Positions 18,972 to 28,900 of a DNA stretch of 48,963 nt are shown piece by piece. The stretch is from an uncultured Alphaproteobacteria bacterium. Its GTDB lineage: Bacteria; Pseudomonadota; Alphaproteobacteria; CAAHEQ01; UBA3637. Each line of letters begins with the position of its first letter. The first letter of the stretch is position 1. The notes beneath the pieces were generated by a model. The model saw only the letters and a list, made by a program, of their open reading frames with translations, was not told the DNA's origin and ran no database searches. Position numbers and translations under genes: made by a program. The DNA lies in the NCBI GenBank assembly GCA_905236245.1, contig CAJOPC010000021.1, positions 1 through 48,963 of the forward strand. Reading direction: 5' to 3'.

Positions 18972-19779
18972 AAGATAAAATCAATTGATAAATAAATTTT
19001 TTACTGTATCCCGTTTGCTCGGATAAAAGAGCAGCTGCTTGTTTAACGGGGTATTGGGGACGAACGGACTTGATGAATTTGGGCCAATCAATAGAGATTG
19101 CCGGTTGGTCCGAAGCACCTTCAATGACGAGAACAAGTTCTCCCTTTGGCAGACCAAATTCCGTGTAATAATTAATTAAATTTTGAACGGAATCTAAACG
19201 CGTTTCTTCAAATTTTTTGGTGAGTTCTCGCACAACGGCGACTTGACGATTGCCATACTCGGACAAAATATCTTGTAAAGCGTCTAGCAATCGATTGGGT
19301 GTTTCGTAAAAAATAAGGGTTGATTTTAAGGCTTTGACTCCGGCAAGATGATTTTTGCGCGCACCGGATTTTGGGGGTAAAAAACCACCGAAATAAAAAC
19401 TGGCTGATGAAAGGCCGGACAGTTGTAAAGCGGATAAAACAGCGTTGGCTCCTGGAACAGTAGAAACTTTAATGTGGTTTGCAATACAATCACGCACCAA
19501 TTTATATCCCGGATCTGAAATAAGAGGTGTGCCTGCGTCTGAAACTAAGGCGATTGTTTTGTCGTCTTGCAACAATGTAATCAGTTTAGGACGAGCTTTA
19601 TCAGCGTTGTGATCGTGATAAGCTATCATTTTTTTTGCTTTAATCCCGAGCAAATTAAATAATTGTCCGCTTGTCCGCGTGTCTTCACAAGCCACATAAT
19701 CGGCCGATTCCAATACATCTTTTGCTCGTGCGCTGATGTCGCCGAGATTCCCAATAGGAGTTGAAACTAGGTATAACAT
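18949..19779 (-). CDS. rsmI: 16S rRNA C1402 2'-O-methyltransferase
   Basis: LYLVSTPIGNLGDI, CEDTR, SDAGTPLISDPG and RELTKKFEE. Confidence 0.96.
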   Translation of the reverse strand: MLYLVSTPIGNLGDISARAKDVLESADYVACEDTRTSGQLFNLLGIKAKKMIAYHDHNADKARPKLITLLQDDKTIALVSDAGTPLISDPGYKLVRDCIANHIKVSTVPGANAVLSALQLSGLSSASFYFGGFLPPKSGARKNHLAGVKALKSTLIFYETPNRLLDALQDILSEYGNRQVAVVRELTKKFEETRLDSVQNLINYYTEFGLPKGELVLVIEGASDQPAISIDWPKFIKSVRPQYPVKQAAALLSEQTGYSKKFIYQLILSYEKENKL

Positions 19780-19840
19780 CAAAAATCTCCTTGAAAAATT
19801 ATTTAAGACAGTATATCATAAATTTAAGGAAAAGGGAAAG

Positions 19841-21079
19841 ATGTTTAAAAAAATCTTTGTTTTTTTATTTATGGTTTTGTTGGCCGGTTGTGCGCGCCAA
19901 TATCATCCTGTTTTTTGGCGCGGAGATACCAGCCCGGCGACGGAAACACATAAAAAGGCTCCGACAGTGGCGGCTTTGTTGCCCTTGTCCGGTCAATCTA
20001 AAAGTGTAGGTGAAAGTTTGAAAAATGCCGCCTTGATGTCAGCTTTTGAAAATCGTCAAACCCCTGTCAAGGTTCTTTTCTTTGATACAGAAGGGACAGA
20101 AGGTGGTGCCGAGCAGGCTTATCAATGGGCTTTGGCACAACGTCCGGACATTGTCTTAGGACCTGTTTTTTCTAAAGAGGTGGCCGCCGTTCAAAAGTCA
20201 GGTATTTCTGTGCCGCTTTTGACATTTTCTTCGGATACATCTTTGATGAATTATAAAACAGGCACGATGGCTGTGACTGTGCCGGAACAAATTCGGCAAA
20301 TGGTGCGCTATGCTTGCCGTAATAATCAGTTGCGGTTGGGCGTATTGGGCCCAGAAAGTAAAACCGGAGAAATTTCTATGAATGCTTTGGCAGAAGAAAT
20401 ACAAAGTTGTCCGGGGATGAATATGGCGAAAATTTCATTATATGAAGCCGATACCATGAATTTCACAAAGGCTGTTCAGGATATTTTGCCACCAATTATT
20501 GATGCGGATAAGCCGAACCTTTCCGAAAAGGAAAAAGCAGAACTTGCCAAACCCATGTCTGAACGTGCAGGGTTGGATGCAATTTTTGTGTTTGAAGAAG
20601 GTATAAAGTTGAGACAGTTATTAAGTATTTTGGCTTTCTATGACGCGGGGCCTCGTGATATTCCGGTGTATACCTTTGCCGTGGTTGGTCAAATTAATGA
20701 TAATAGTGTAAATGGCGCTTATTTCGCAGATTTGGATGAAACGAATTATCGTAATTTTGCACAAAAATATCAAACAAGTTTTGGCCGAGCGCCAACACGG
20801 ATTGCTTCCCAGATGTATGATGCTTTGAGCTGGATTTTTTCGGAAGTCGCTTCTGGTAATTCTGTCTCTTTGTCGGATTTGCAGCAAAAAAGCCGTTATT
20901 GGGGTGTTGATGGTTTGATTCATTTGAATTCAGATGGAACAAATAGACGTGCGCTCCAATTAAAACAGAAACGTGGTTCTCGCAGTGTGTTAGTCGAGGC
21001 GGCAGAAGATGATTTTTCAAGCTTGTCCAATGCCAATGTCGGCGGCTTTATGGGGCAAGAAGCAACACTAGCTTATTAA
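19841..21079 (+). CDS. Penicillin-binding protein activator-like (LpoA-type periplasmic binding fold) lipoprotein
   Basis: Lipobox LAGC, ALLPLSG, VLGPVFS, YDA and GVDG...L..DG...R.L; divergent from rsmI as in alphaproteobacteria; promoter TTGAAA-17-TATCAT at 19791-19819. Confidence 0.8.
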   Translation: MFKKIFVFLFMVLLAGCARQYHPVFWRGDTSPATETHKKAPTVAALLPLSGQSKSVGESLKNAALMSAFENRQTPVKVLFFDTEGTEGGAEQAYQWALAQRPDIVLGPVFSKEVAAVQKSGISVPLLTFSSDTSLMNYKTGTMAVTVPEQIRQMVRYACRNNQLRLGVLGPESKTGEISMNALAEEIQSCPGMNMAKISLYEADTMNFTKAVQDILPPIIDADKPNLSEKEKAELAKPMSERAGLDAIFVFEEGIKLRQLLSILAFYDAGPRDIPVYTFAVVGQINDNSVNGAYFADLDETNYRNFAQKYQTSFGRAPTRIASQMYDALSWIFSEVASGNSVSLSDLQQKSRYWGVDGLIHLNSDGTNRRALQLKQKRGSRSVLVEAAEDDFSSLSNANVGGFMGQEATLAY

Positions 21080-22127
21080 GCATTAAGATGCCGTCTAACG
21101 TTGGAAGAATGCCCGTTTTATTCAGAGTTATCCAATTTTGTTGAAGGGCCTTTTTGAGGCCGTTGGGATCAAGATTTTTAATCGGATAAGGTATGTTGCG
21201 AAGGCGGAGTCCCATCAAGAGTTTTTCCAACTCTCTTTGTTCCTCGGTCAGCTTTTCTATTTGGGTGGGCGTTTTTAACCATAAAGAAACAGAGGCTTTG
21301 TTTTGTGTGGCATTTAATCCGATGCGTCCGTGGGCCGCAGGACCTATGCCGATATAATCACACCCAAGCCAATAAGCCATGTTGTGGCGACATTCAAAAC
21401 CTTTTTGCGCATAATTCGATACTTCATAAGCAGGACATTTGGCGTTATTCATTATTTCATCGGTTAGCGAATACATCTTTCGCATTTGTATTTCTGAAGG
21501 CAAAATCATATGCTGATGTCCAAAAACTGTATTTGGTTCAATGGTAAGTTGATATAGCGAATAATGAGGTAATTGGAAAGAAAGTGCTTTTTGTAATTCA
21601 TTTTCCCAATCTTTTAATTTTTGATGAGGGCGTGCGTAAATTAAATCCATATTGATGTTATTAAAAATTTCTTGAGCCGTCTGAATAATTTTTATTGCCG
21701 TTTGGATGGAATGCTTTCTGCCCAAAAATTGAAGCGCTTTTTTATTCAAAGATTGGACGCCGACAGATAAACGATTGATCCCACTTTTTTTAAAGAACAA
21801 CATTTTTTCTTTTGTGATCGCATCTGGATTAGCTTCCACGGAAATTTCACAATCTGGGGCTAAGGCGTAGTATTTTTGAATTGTATTCATCAGCTTGTCG
21901 AATAGTTGAGGACTCATTAAACTGGGGGTGCCACCACCAAAAAAAATGCTGGTTATGGGTTTTGTTGTTTGAAATTGTTTTAAATCTCTAAGGTAGCCTT
22001 GAAATAAAACATCTTCATCAATGTTCTTATTGACACAGCTGGCAAAATCACAGTATGGACACTTGGATAAGCAATAGGGCCAATGGACATATAATGCGTG
22101 CAAATAAGGGGTTGATTTTGGGGACAC
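21048..22127 (-). CDS. hemW: Radical SAM heme chaperone HemW
   Basis: YVHWPYCLSKCPYCDF, FGGGTPS, EANP, YEVSN and HN.AYW. Confidence 0.92.
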   Translation of the reverse strand: MSPKSTPYLHALYVHWPYCLSKCPYCDFASCVNKNIDEDVLFQGYLRDLKQFQTTKPITSIFFGGGTPSLMSPQLFDKLMNTIQKYYALAPDCEISVEANPDAITKEKMLFFKKSGINRLSVGVQSLNKKALQFLGRKHSIQTAIKIIQTAQEIFNNINMDLIYARPHQKLKDWENELQKALSFQLPHYSLYQLTIEPNTVFGHQHMILPSEIQMRKMYSLTDEIMNNAKCPAYEVSNYAQKGFECRHNMAYWLGCDYIGIGPAAHGRIGLNATQNKASVSLWLKTPTQIEKLTEEQRELEKLLMGLRLRNIPYPIKNLDPNGLKKALQQNWITLNKTGILPTLDGILMLNKLVLLLAP

Positions 22128-22156
22128 TTGACAATCCTTAAAAAAAACAGTATCGT
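22128..22156 (+). promoter_or_regulatory. Sigma70 promoter for hpf-ptsN-rnhA
   Basis: TTGACA (22128-22133), 17 bp, TATCGT. Confidence 0.55.
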
Positions 22157-22191
22157 AATTCTTAGATTAATTTTAACTGAAAGGGAATAAA

Positions 22192-22740
22192 ATGCAAGTA
22201 ATTATTAACGGACATCAAATTGACTTGGGGGATAGTTGGAGAACATATACAACCGAGAAATTGACAGATATTGCACAGAAATATTTCCCGAAGGCGTTGG
22301 ACGCAACGGTTAAAGTTTCTCGTAGCGGCGAACAGCTGAAATCAGAAATTATTGTGCATCCTGCACAAGGAACGGTTATTTCGGCAGAAGGAAAAGCCGG
22401 CGATGCGTATGGTTCCATTGATGAAGCTTTGGGTAAAATGAGCCGTCAATTAAATAAATACAAAAACAAACTGGTCGGACATAAGTTTAGTACAGTAGAG
22501 ATGGTTGATATGTCCGTGATTGACGCGGAACAAGAAAAAGAAGTAGTGGGTGATGCGCCGGTTATTATTGCAGAAATGCAAACAGAGTTGCCTTTGTGTA
22601 CTGTTGCGACCGCTGTGATGCGGATGGATTTATCTGGACAAAATGCTTTGTTGTTCCGTAATACAGCCCATGGCGGATTAAACATGGTTTATCGTCGTGC
22701 AGACGGGAACATCGGTTGGGTTGATCCGAAAAACAAATAA
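22192..22740 (+). CDS. hpf: Ribosome hibernation promoting factor (long HPF/RaiA)
   Basis: I.GHQIDLG, DAY.SID.A, PVIIAE and NMVYRRADGNIGW. Confidence 0.92.
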   Translation: MQVIINGHQIDLGDSWRTYTTEKLTDIAQKYFPKALDATVKVSRSGEQLKSEIIVHPAQGTVISAEGKAGDAYGSIDEALGKMSRQLNKYKNKLVGHKFSTVEMVDMSVIDAEQEKEVVGDAPVIIAEMQTELPLCTVATAVMRMDLSGQNALLFRNTAHGGLNMVYRRADGNIGWVDPKNK

Positions 22741-22749
22741 GGAGTTTTT

Positions 22750-23205
22750 ATGAAGATTTCGACTATTTTATCGCGGGATGCCGTTTTGCCCCATGTAAAG
22801 GCAAAAAGCAAGAAACAGCTATTGGGTGAGTTGGCGGCATTGGCGGCTGCGAAAATGAAATTAGACGAATCGGTCGTTTTAGATGCTTTAATTGAACGCG
22901 AACGTTTGGGGACGACCGGCATTGGTTTCGGTGTTGCTTTGCCCCATACGCGGTTGCCGAAATTGAAGAAGATCTTTTGCGGTTTTGCAAAGTCCGATCC
23001 TGTTGATTTTGAAGCGGTGGATAATAAACCTGTGGATTTGGCTTTTGTGTTGTTGGTTCCGGAAGAGGCTGGAGCCGATCATTTAAAGGCGTTGGCAAGG
23101 TTATCTCGTTTATTGAAAGATGAAGAAGTTGTCGCTGCTTTAAGAAAGGCGAAAACTGCAGACGAACTTTATGATTTGGTGATTCAAAACGATTCTAATG
23201 AATAA
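22750..23205 (+). CDS. ptsN: PTS IIA-Ntr
   Basis: [21 protein letters not shown] and HLKALA. Confidence 0.93.
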   Translation: MKISTILSRDAVLPHVKAKSKKQLLGELAALAAAKMKLDESVVLDALIERERLGTTGIGFGVALPHTRLPKLKKIFCGFAKSDPVDFEAVDNKPVDLAFVLLVPEEAGADHLKALARLSRLLKDEEVVAALRKAKTADELYDLVIQNDSNE

Positions 23206-23635
23206 ACATGTGCTTTTATACACAGACGGAGCTTGTTCCGGGAATCCTGGTCCCGGAGGATGGGCTTGTATTTTGGTGTATAATGGCATAGAAAAAGAAT
23301 TTTCAGATGGTGAGCATGAAACAACGAATAATCGGATGGAAATGACCGCAGTTATTAAAGGATTGCAAGCCCTTAAAGAACCTTGCGATATTGATTTGTA
23401 CACGGATAGCAAGTATGTTTTGGAAGGGGCTACCAAATGGCTTGCTGGGTGGCAAGAAAAAGGTTGGAAACGCGCCGACAAAAAACCCGTTTTAAATGTT
23501 GATTTGTGGCAGATTTTATCCGATCAAATGGGGCGCCATAACATTACTTGGCATTGGGTAAAAGGACATGCCGGAAATACTTTTAATGAAAAGGTAGATG
23601 CGTTGGCTGTCTTGCAACGCGATTCTCATAAATAA
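23198..23635 (+). CDS. rnhA: Ribonuclease HI
   Basis: [26 protein letters not shown] and [10 protein letters not shown]. Confidence 0.97.
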   Translation: MNKHVLLYTDGACSGNPGPGGWACILVYNGIEKEFSDGEHETTNNRMEMTAVIKGLQALKEPCDIDLYTDSKYVLEGATKWLAGWQEKGWKRADKKPVLNVDLWQILSDQMGRHNITWHWVKGHAGNTFNEKVDALAVLQRDSHK

Positions 23636-24918
23636 AGATAAAGCCAAACTATCAGAATCAGCCAGGGTAATCTGACATTCCACCATATTAGTGAAAGATT
23701 ATTGGTCCGATTTATTAAATCAAAGAATTTTTGAGCATAAATTTTTTGCACAACAAAGGTTCCAATTGTTACGGCAAATCCAATGATTAAAGTAGCCAAT
23801 TGAACGGCTAAATCTGCATTTGTTAAAAAATGCAAATAAGGACGAGGCGTTATAAAGGCTGCCAAAAGTGCTGTAATAGGCAAAGCATCAGCAAGGAAGA
23901 AGATAACGCCGGCCCAAATAAGCCATGTTGCAATGGACATGTTGGGTGTTATGAACCACGATAGATCGCCTTGGAATATGCCCCATGCTAGTGTGATTAT
24001 AGCAAACAGAGAGCTGGCAATAATTGCACCAGATGTTTGTAGTTTGTATTGATCAAAACTTGTTCTTTTTGTGCGGCCAAAATACAAAAACCATGGTGAA
24101 ACTAAAAACATCAAAATGCTAGAAAATAAAATTTGTTGAAAAGGAATTTGTGATAAAGGCGTTGGCTCGGTGATTTCTTTTAAAACAGGTGTTTCAATTT
24201 CATAATAATACATACCGCTGTGAATATACAGTTTTAAGACGTCATCATTTGTAGTAGAAGCTGGCAAAACAAGTTTTGTATGTGTTCCTTTTACTTCGGC
24301 TTTAACCGATAAAAGCTGTTTGTTGTAATCAAACGCTGTTAATTGATGCGGTAAATGGGGCAAATCAAGGTGAAGTAAAATAGTGTTATCCTGTTGTCTG
24401 GTCGCTTGAGCAGAAAGTCGATTCATATATGTAGGAATTGGTGTGTTCACCAAAGTTTGTGTAATACCTGTGCAAGCCGGTGTAATGATTGCCGTTTCGC
24501 GAGGTAAATCCAGTTTCAAACGAATCGGTTGTGTGATGCAAGTTTCTTCGTGGCAGGCGCTCCAACTCCCCGATACGGTAAAGGTGATCGGTTGTTTGAT
24601 GTCTTGAATGGCATAAGTGATGGGAAAGAACATTTGATCGTCATAGACTTGCCGGAAAGGGATCAATACTGTGCCAGGGCTGTGATTAGATGTTGTTGTG
24701 GCTAAATCAGGTGTTTTTAATTCCCAGCCAGGAAATGGTTGAGCGTGAACCGCCAAATAATTTAATCCGATTTGTGGAGATGTTAGACAAGAAACGAGGC
24801 GAATTTTGGCAAAAGGCAATTCCTGCCAATCGCTATGTCCTGGCATTTCGCTCCATATTGAAGCCGAACAAGTCCAGCTCCACATCAGCATAATTAAAAA
24901 TAAAATCCCCTTTTTCAT
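23626..24918 (-). CDS. DsbD-related protein: periplasmic DsbD N-domain plus degenerate TM region
   Basis: Signal peptide, [16 protein letters not shown] Cys pair and about 6 C-terminal TM helices; no thioredoxin domain. Confidence 0.55.
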   Translation of the reverse strand: MKKGILFLIMLMWSWTCSASIWSEMPGHSDWQELPFAKIRLVSCLTSPQIGLNYLAVHAQPFPGWELKTPDLATTTSNHSPGTVLIPFRQVYDDQMFFPITYAIQDIKQPITFTVSGSWSACHEETCITQPIRLKLDLPRETAIITPACTGITQTLVNTPIPTYMNRLSAQATRQQDNTILLHLDLPHLPHQLTAFDYNKQLLSVKAEVKGTHTKLVLPASTTNDDVLKLYIHSGMYYYEIETPVLKEITEPTPLSQIPFQQILFSSILMFLVSPWFLYFGRTKRTSFDQYKLQTSGAIIASSLFAIITLAWGIFQGDLSWFITPNMSIATWLIWAGVIFFLADALPITALLAAFITPRPYLHFLTNADLAVQLATLIIGFAVTIGTFVVQKIYAQKFFDLINRTNNLSLIWWNVRLPWLILIVWLYLYL

Positions 24919-25008
24919 GAAAAATATCATAGCAAAAAAAAACTTGATTGTCTTTAAAAAAATGATATAATAAAAACGTTTTGATAAATTTATTTGGAGG
25001 AAACGACT

Positions 25009-25560
25009 ATTTTAAACAATTATAATAGGGCAGATACGCGGAGCCCTGATACAAACAAAGATGAACCGCGCATTAACGAAAAAATCAACGCTTTACAAAT
25101 TCGGCTTATAGATGAAAACGGGATTAATGTCGGCATTATGACCGCACGCGAGGCTTTGCGTCGCGCAAATGAAGCCGGATTAGATTTAATTGAAATTTCC
25201 AGTAATCCGAACGGTTCTGTGTGTAAGATTATGGATGCTGGCAAATATAAGTACGAATTACAGAAGCGTAAAGCCGAAGCGAAGAAAAAACAAAAAATTC
25301 AAGAAACAAAAGAAATTAAGTTTACCCCAAACATTGGTGATAATGATTATCAAGTTAAAATGCGTAATGCTAAAAAATTCTTGGCCGAAGGGGATAAAGT
25401 GAAATTTACTGTGCGTTTCCGTGGACGTGAAATGTCCTATCAAGATTTGGGAGCAGCTGTTTTGCAGCGCGCTATTGCGGATGTTGCGGATGTTGCTAAA
25501 GTGGAACAAGCGCCAAAATTAGAAGGGCGCAACATGGGAACTTTGGTTAGCCCGAAATAA
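25009..25560 (+). CDS. infC: Translation initiation factor IF-3 with ATT start codon
   Basis: RINEKI, LDLIEIS, CKIMD.GKYKYE, KEIKF and FRGRE; GGAGG at 24996-25000 lies 8 nt before in-frame ATT 25009. Confidence 0.95.
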   Translation: MLNNYNRADTRSPDTNKDEPRINEKINALQIRLIDENGINVGIMTAREALRRANEAGLDLIEISSNPNGSVCKIMDAGKYKYELQKRKAEAKKKQKIQETKEIKFTPNIGDNDYQVKMRNAKKFLAEGDKVKFTVRFRGREMSYQDLGAAVLQRAIADVADVAKVEQAPKLEGRNMGTLVSPK

Positions 25561-25584
25561 GCGCAATAAAAAGGGGGGGAGAGC

Positions 25585-25881
25585 ATGAAACATTTATTAA
25601 TTAAGTTTATTTTCGCAAGTTGTTGCGGAGGAATGTTGTTCTTTGCTCCAAATGTGTGGGCAATACTGATTGATACTGGACTTGGGGCTGGTACAACGGT
25701 TCTTGATTCAAGTATGTGGAATGAATCGGAAGGTTCAACAGATGGAAGAACCGATGAAGGACAAGACAATGCCTCCGTTGAAAATGAAGATGATGATTGG
25801 CCTACACCAGAAGAGTTGTATGATATAGCTGTAAGACAAAGCGAACAGGCTAATCGCGAAAATTCGACCGAAATCGAATAG
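25585..25881 (+). CDS. Small acidic secreted hypothetical protein
   Basis: Strong G-rich RBS, signal peptide ending VWA, D/E-rich mature part. Confidence 0.6.
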   Translation: MKHLLIKFIFASCCGGMLFFAPNVWAILIDTGLGAGTTVLDSSMWNESEGSTDGRTDEGQDNASVENEDDDWPTPEELYDIAVRQSEQANRENSTEIE

Positions 25882-25931
25882 GTCGGTGAAATAGCACACA
25901 ATAAAAAAATCAAAAAAAATGAAAAAAAGTG

Positions 25932-25960
25932 TTGCAAAGGCCAAAAAAAGTATGTAAATT
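25932..25960 (+). promoter_or_regulatory. Putative promoter of the secreted-protein/T4SS operon
   Basis: TTGCAA, 17 bp, TAAATT, preceded by A-tracts (UP-like). Confidence 0.45.
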
Positions 25961-25994
25961 GGACCTAGGTACTTTTTTAAAGAGGGAGGATTGT

Positions 25995-28900
25995 ATGCAG
26001 AATTTTATCCGAATTTTGTTATTAGGTGTTGCATTTGTGTGTGGGGCAAGCTGTGAGGTTTGGGCAGCAGATTCGCAACATTATGTTGGGCTTCCGCGAG
26101 ATGGAATGTTAGATATTTTTGCAGATAGCGATGGTCATGCAATTTTTACTTTTCATATTGGCTCTACGGATCAGGTGTTTCATACGGCGGCCCAGGCCCG
26201 AGAGGCTTTGATAGATGAGTACTATGGTAGCCGTGAGGATCGCGCACTGAGGACTTTTGATGCTCTTGTGAGTGCATATGGTTTAAGTCCGAATGATAGT
26301 AGTACTCAATATTTTCAACCAAGAGATTACACGAGAACGTGGACCAGAGATGATAATGGACAGGTTGTTTTTGAAACACAACTTAAATCGATAACTATTC
26401 CTGGTTCTGCAGGAGGCAATTCAAATGGTTCTAGTTCGGATTATACGTATATGCCGGGAGCCTCTTGGACATCGCCAAGTGAGGTTGGTAGTGTAGGTGG
26501 TGGAGTTTTGTCTGCGCGAGAGGCAATGAAATATTCTAATATCATGGGGGTTGCTCCAAGAGATCCTACGCAACTTTCTTTTGGGCCAGTTCAGGGGGCG
26601 ACAGATCAATTTACTGGCAGCCTTACCGAATTGATGGGCAAGCCAGGGGGAAGAGAGTATTATCATGCGGTAATTGCTCCACAATTGGGTGATATGGGTA
26701 TCACGGTATTGAATAATGCGGCAAATAATACGACCTATTATGCAAAAAAGGAGGATTTACCACAGTTAAATGGTACTTTGAATCAAACCATTAAGATAGA
26801 TGGTGTCCCTATGCAAGTGGGAGATCTGGATACTGCGTCCATACGATCTTTGGCCGAAGCAAGCGGTATGACGTATAATAATGATACTACTTCTTTCAAA
26901 TATAATACCGACAGTTTAAGTGGTGTTACAAGAAACCCAGGAGGAGATTATTCTGCTACGGTTAATGGGACGGAAGTTTCCGGTATTTCACGGGAGATGT
27001 TGCCGTTTTCTATGGCCCAAACTGCAGATGATCATTTCCAGGCAAAAGTGGATCAAGTAGGAACAGCCGTACCGGTTACAACTGCAGATGGACGAACGAC
27101 GGGATGGTATGATGAAAAAACAAAAACAATAACCGTTGGAGGTCAGACATATACAGGGGTCATTGCAGAAGGAGATACTTTTTATGGTGGTAATCAGACT
27201 TTCCAACGAGCGGGGGAGGCCGCAGGATATGAGGTATATGACAAGTTTAATACCCATGTTGATCCCCAAAATGTTTCTATTAGAGTTGTAGATGGAAAGC
27301 CAGTTGCTGTTGATCGTCTTGGGCAAGTGATGGATGGGGCACACTTGGTGCCAAAGTCATTGGCTTCGGAATATAGTATGGATTCATACTTGGTTTATGA
27401 TAAAGACGGTGGTACTTGGAGTATAAGAGGTAATGATGCAAGCGGATCTCTTGTTCCAGCTCAAGTGCTTCAATATAATCCAGCGACAAATACATTTGAA
27501 TTGTCGGATGCACAGCGGCAATTGAACGCGGCACATGTTGCCAATCAGAACAATTATAACGCACAAATGGCAAAACTGGGCGAACAAATAAAGGGCGCAG
27601 AGGATGTTTTGCGTTTTGCAACCGTGCCCGAAAAGAATGCCGAAGGTCAGAAAACTGGTGGAACTACCTGGTTAAGCGATAGCGATAAGGAAACAATTCG
27701 AGGATTTATTAACAATGGTAATGCGGCTGGGTTGCAGGAGTATTTTGCGAACAACAATCCGGGTTTGTCTGAAGGGGATGTTAAAGCATTAGTGAATGCG
27801 GCTGCATCTCGGGCTACTCTTGATTCCTTGGCTAAACAACCAGGTGTGACGCAAGGGGATGTTCCTACTATGAACTTTAATAGTGCTATTGATAATGATT
27901 TAAAGAAAATGCAAACTCTTGCCGGTACAGTGAATGGAAATGATACGCTTGAGAATCGTTGGAATGCTTTGACCAGTTTGGCAGGTTTGGCTAATGGATA
28001 TGCTGATCCTAATTCGCCGACTTATAATCCTAGCTTTAATCCCAATAATATGCCATCAAGCATTGGATCCGCGATGGATGCGTCTCAGTACTTTTTTGAT
28101 ACGTCAGGAGATACGCTTAAGGGTGCCAATAAGACATTGTGGGATAATTTGAGATTTGGTCAAAATGATTATAATCAGTCTGGATATTACGCATTGAATG
28201 ACCAGAATCGTGGAATAATAGATGGACGCTACATGTTTGATGCCCGAGAAGGTAGTGAGTTTTCAAAGGGTTTGGCCAAGTTGGGTTTGAAAGTTGTGAC
28301 GCCGGATGGTGGTGATACATGGCAATTTGTGGCTGCGGGAGATTATAAGGATTTAGGTAGTGCATATATGGACTATGCTGCGGCAAGGAATGCTTATGAT
28401 GCATTATCTGGTCGTGGAAGTATGTCTCAAAGTACTTCGACAGTTGGCCGGTTACAAAATACGATTAGAGATCTTGAAAATAGGCTAAGTGAAATGCCAT
28501 TCTTTAAGAATAAGGACCAGAAGGCTCAAGCGGCTCAGCTTAAGCAACAGCTTGCAGACGCCAAAAAAGAACTTGCGGCAGCACAGGGACTGGTCGATAC
28601 TTATAAAAAGGATTTGAATGATCCTACTAATTTCAGCAAGTATTCAGAACTTGTTGGTCCTATGCAGGCGGCTCAGGACAGATTGGCGGCAGCTGAGGCA
28701 GCTTTAAAGAAAAACCCAAATGATCCAAAAGCAAAACAGGCTGTTGAATCGGCTAAGAAGGCGTTAGAAGATGCGCAAAATGCGTCCAAGCAAAATGTGC
28801 AAGATCTAGGGGCCCAACATATAGCAGCCGAGGCGGCAAATGCGGCACGGGAAAAGTTGATAGCAGAGTCAAGGAATGCTGCAAATCAAACTCTTGCCGG

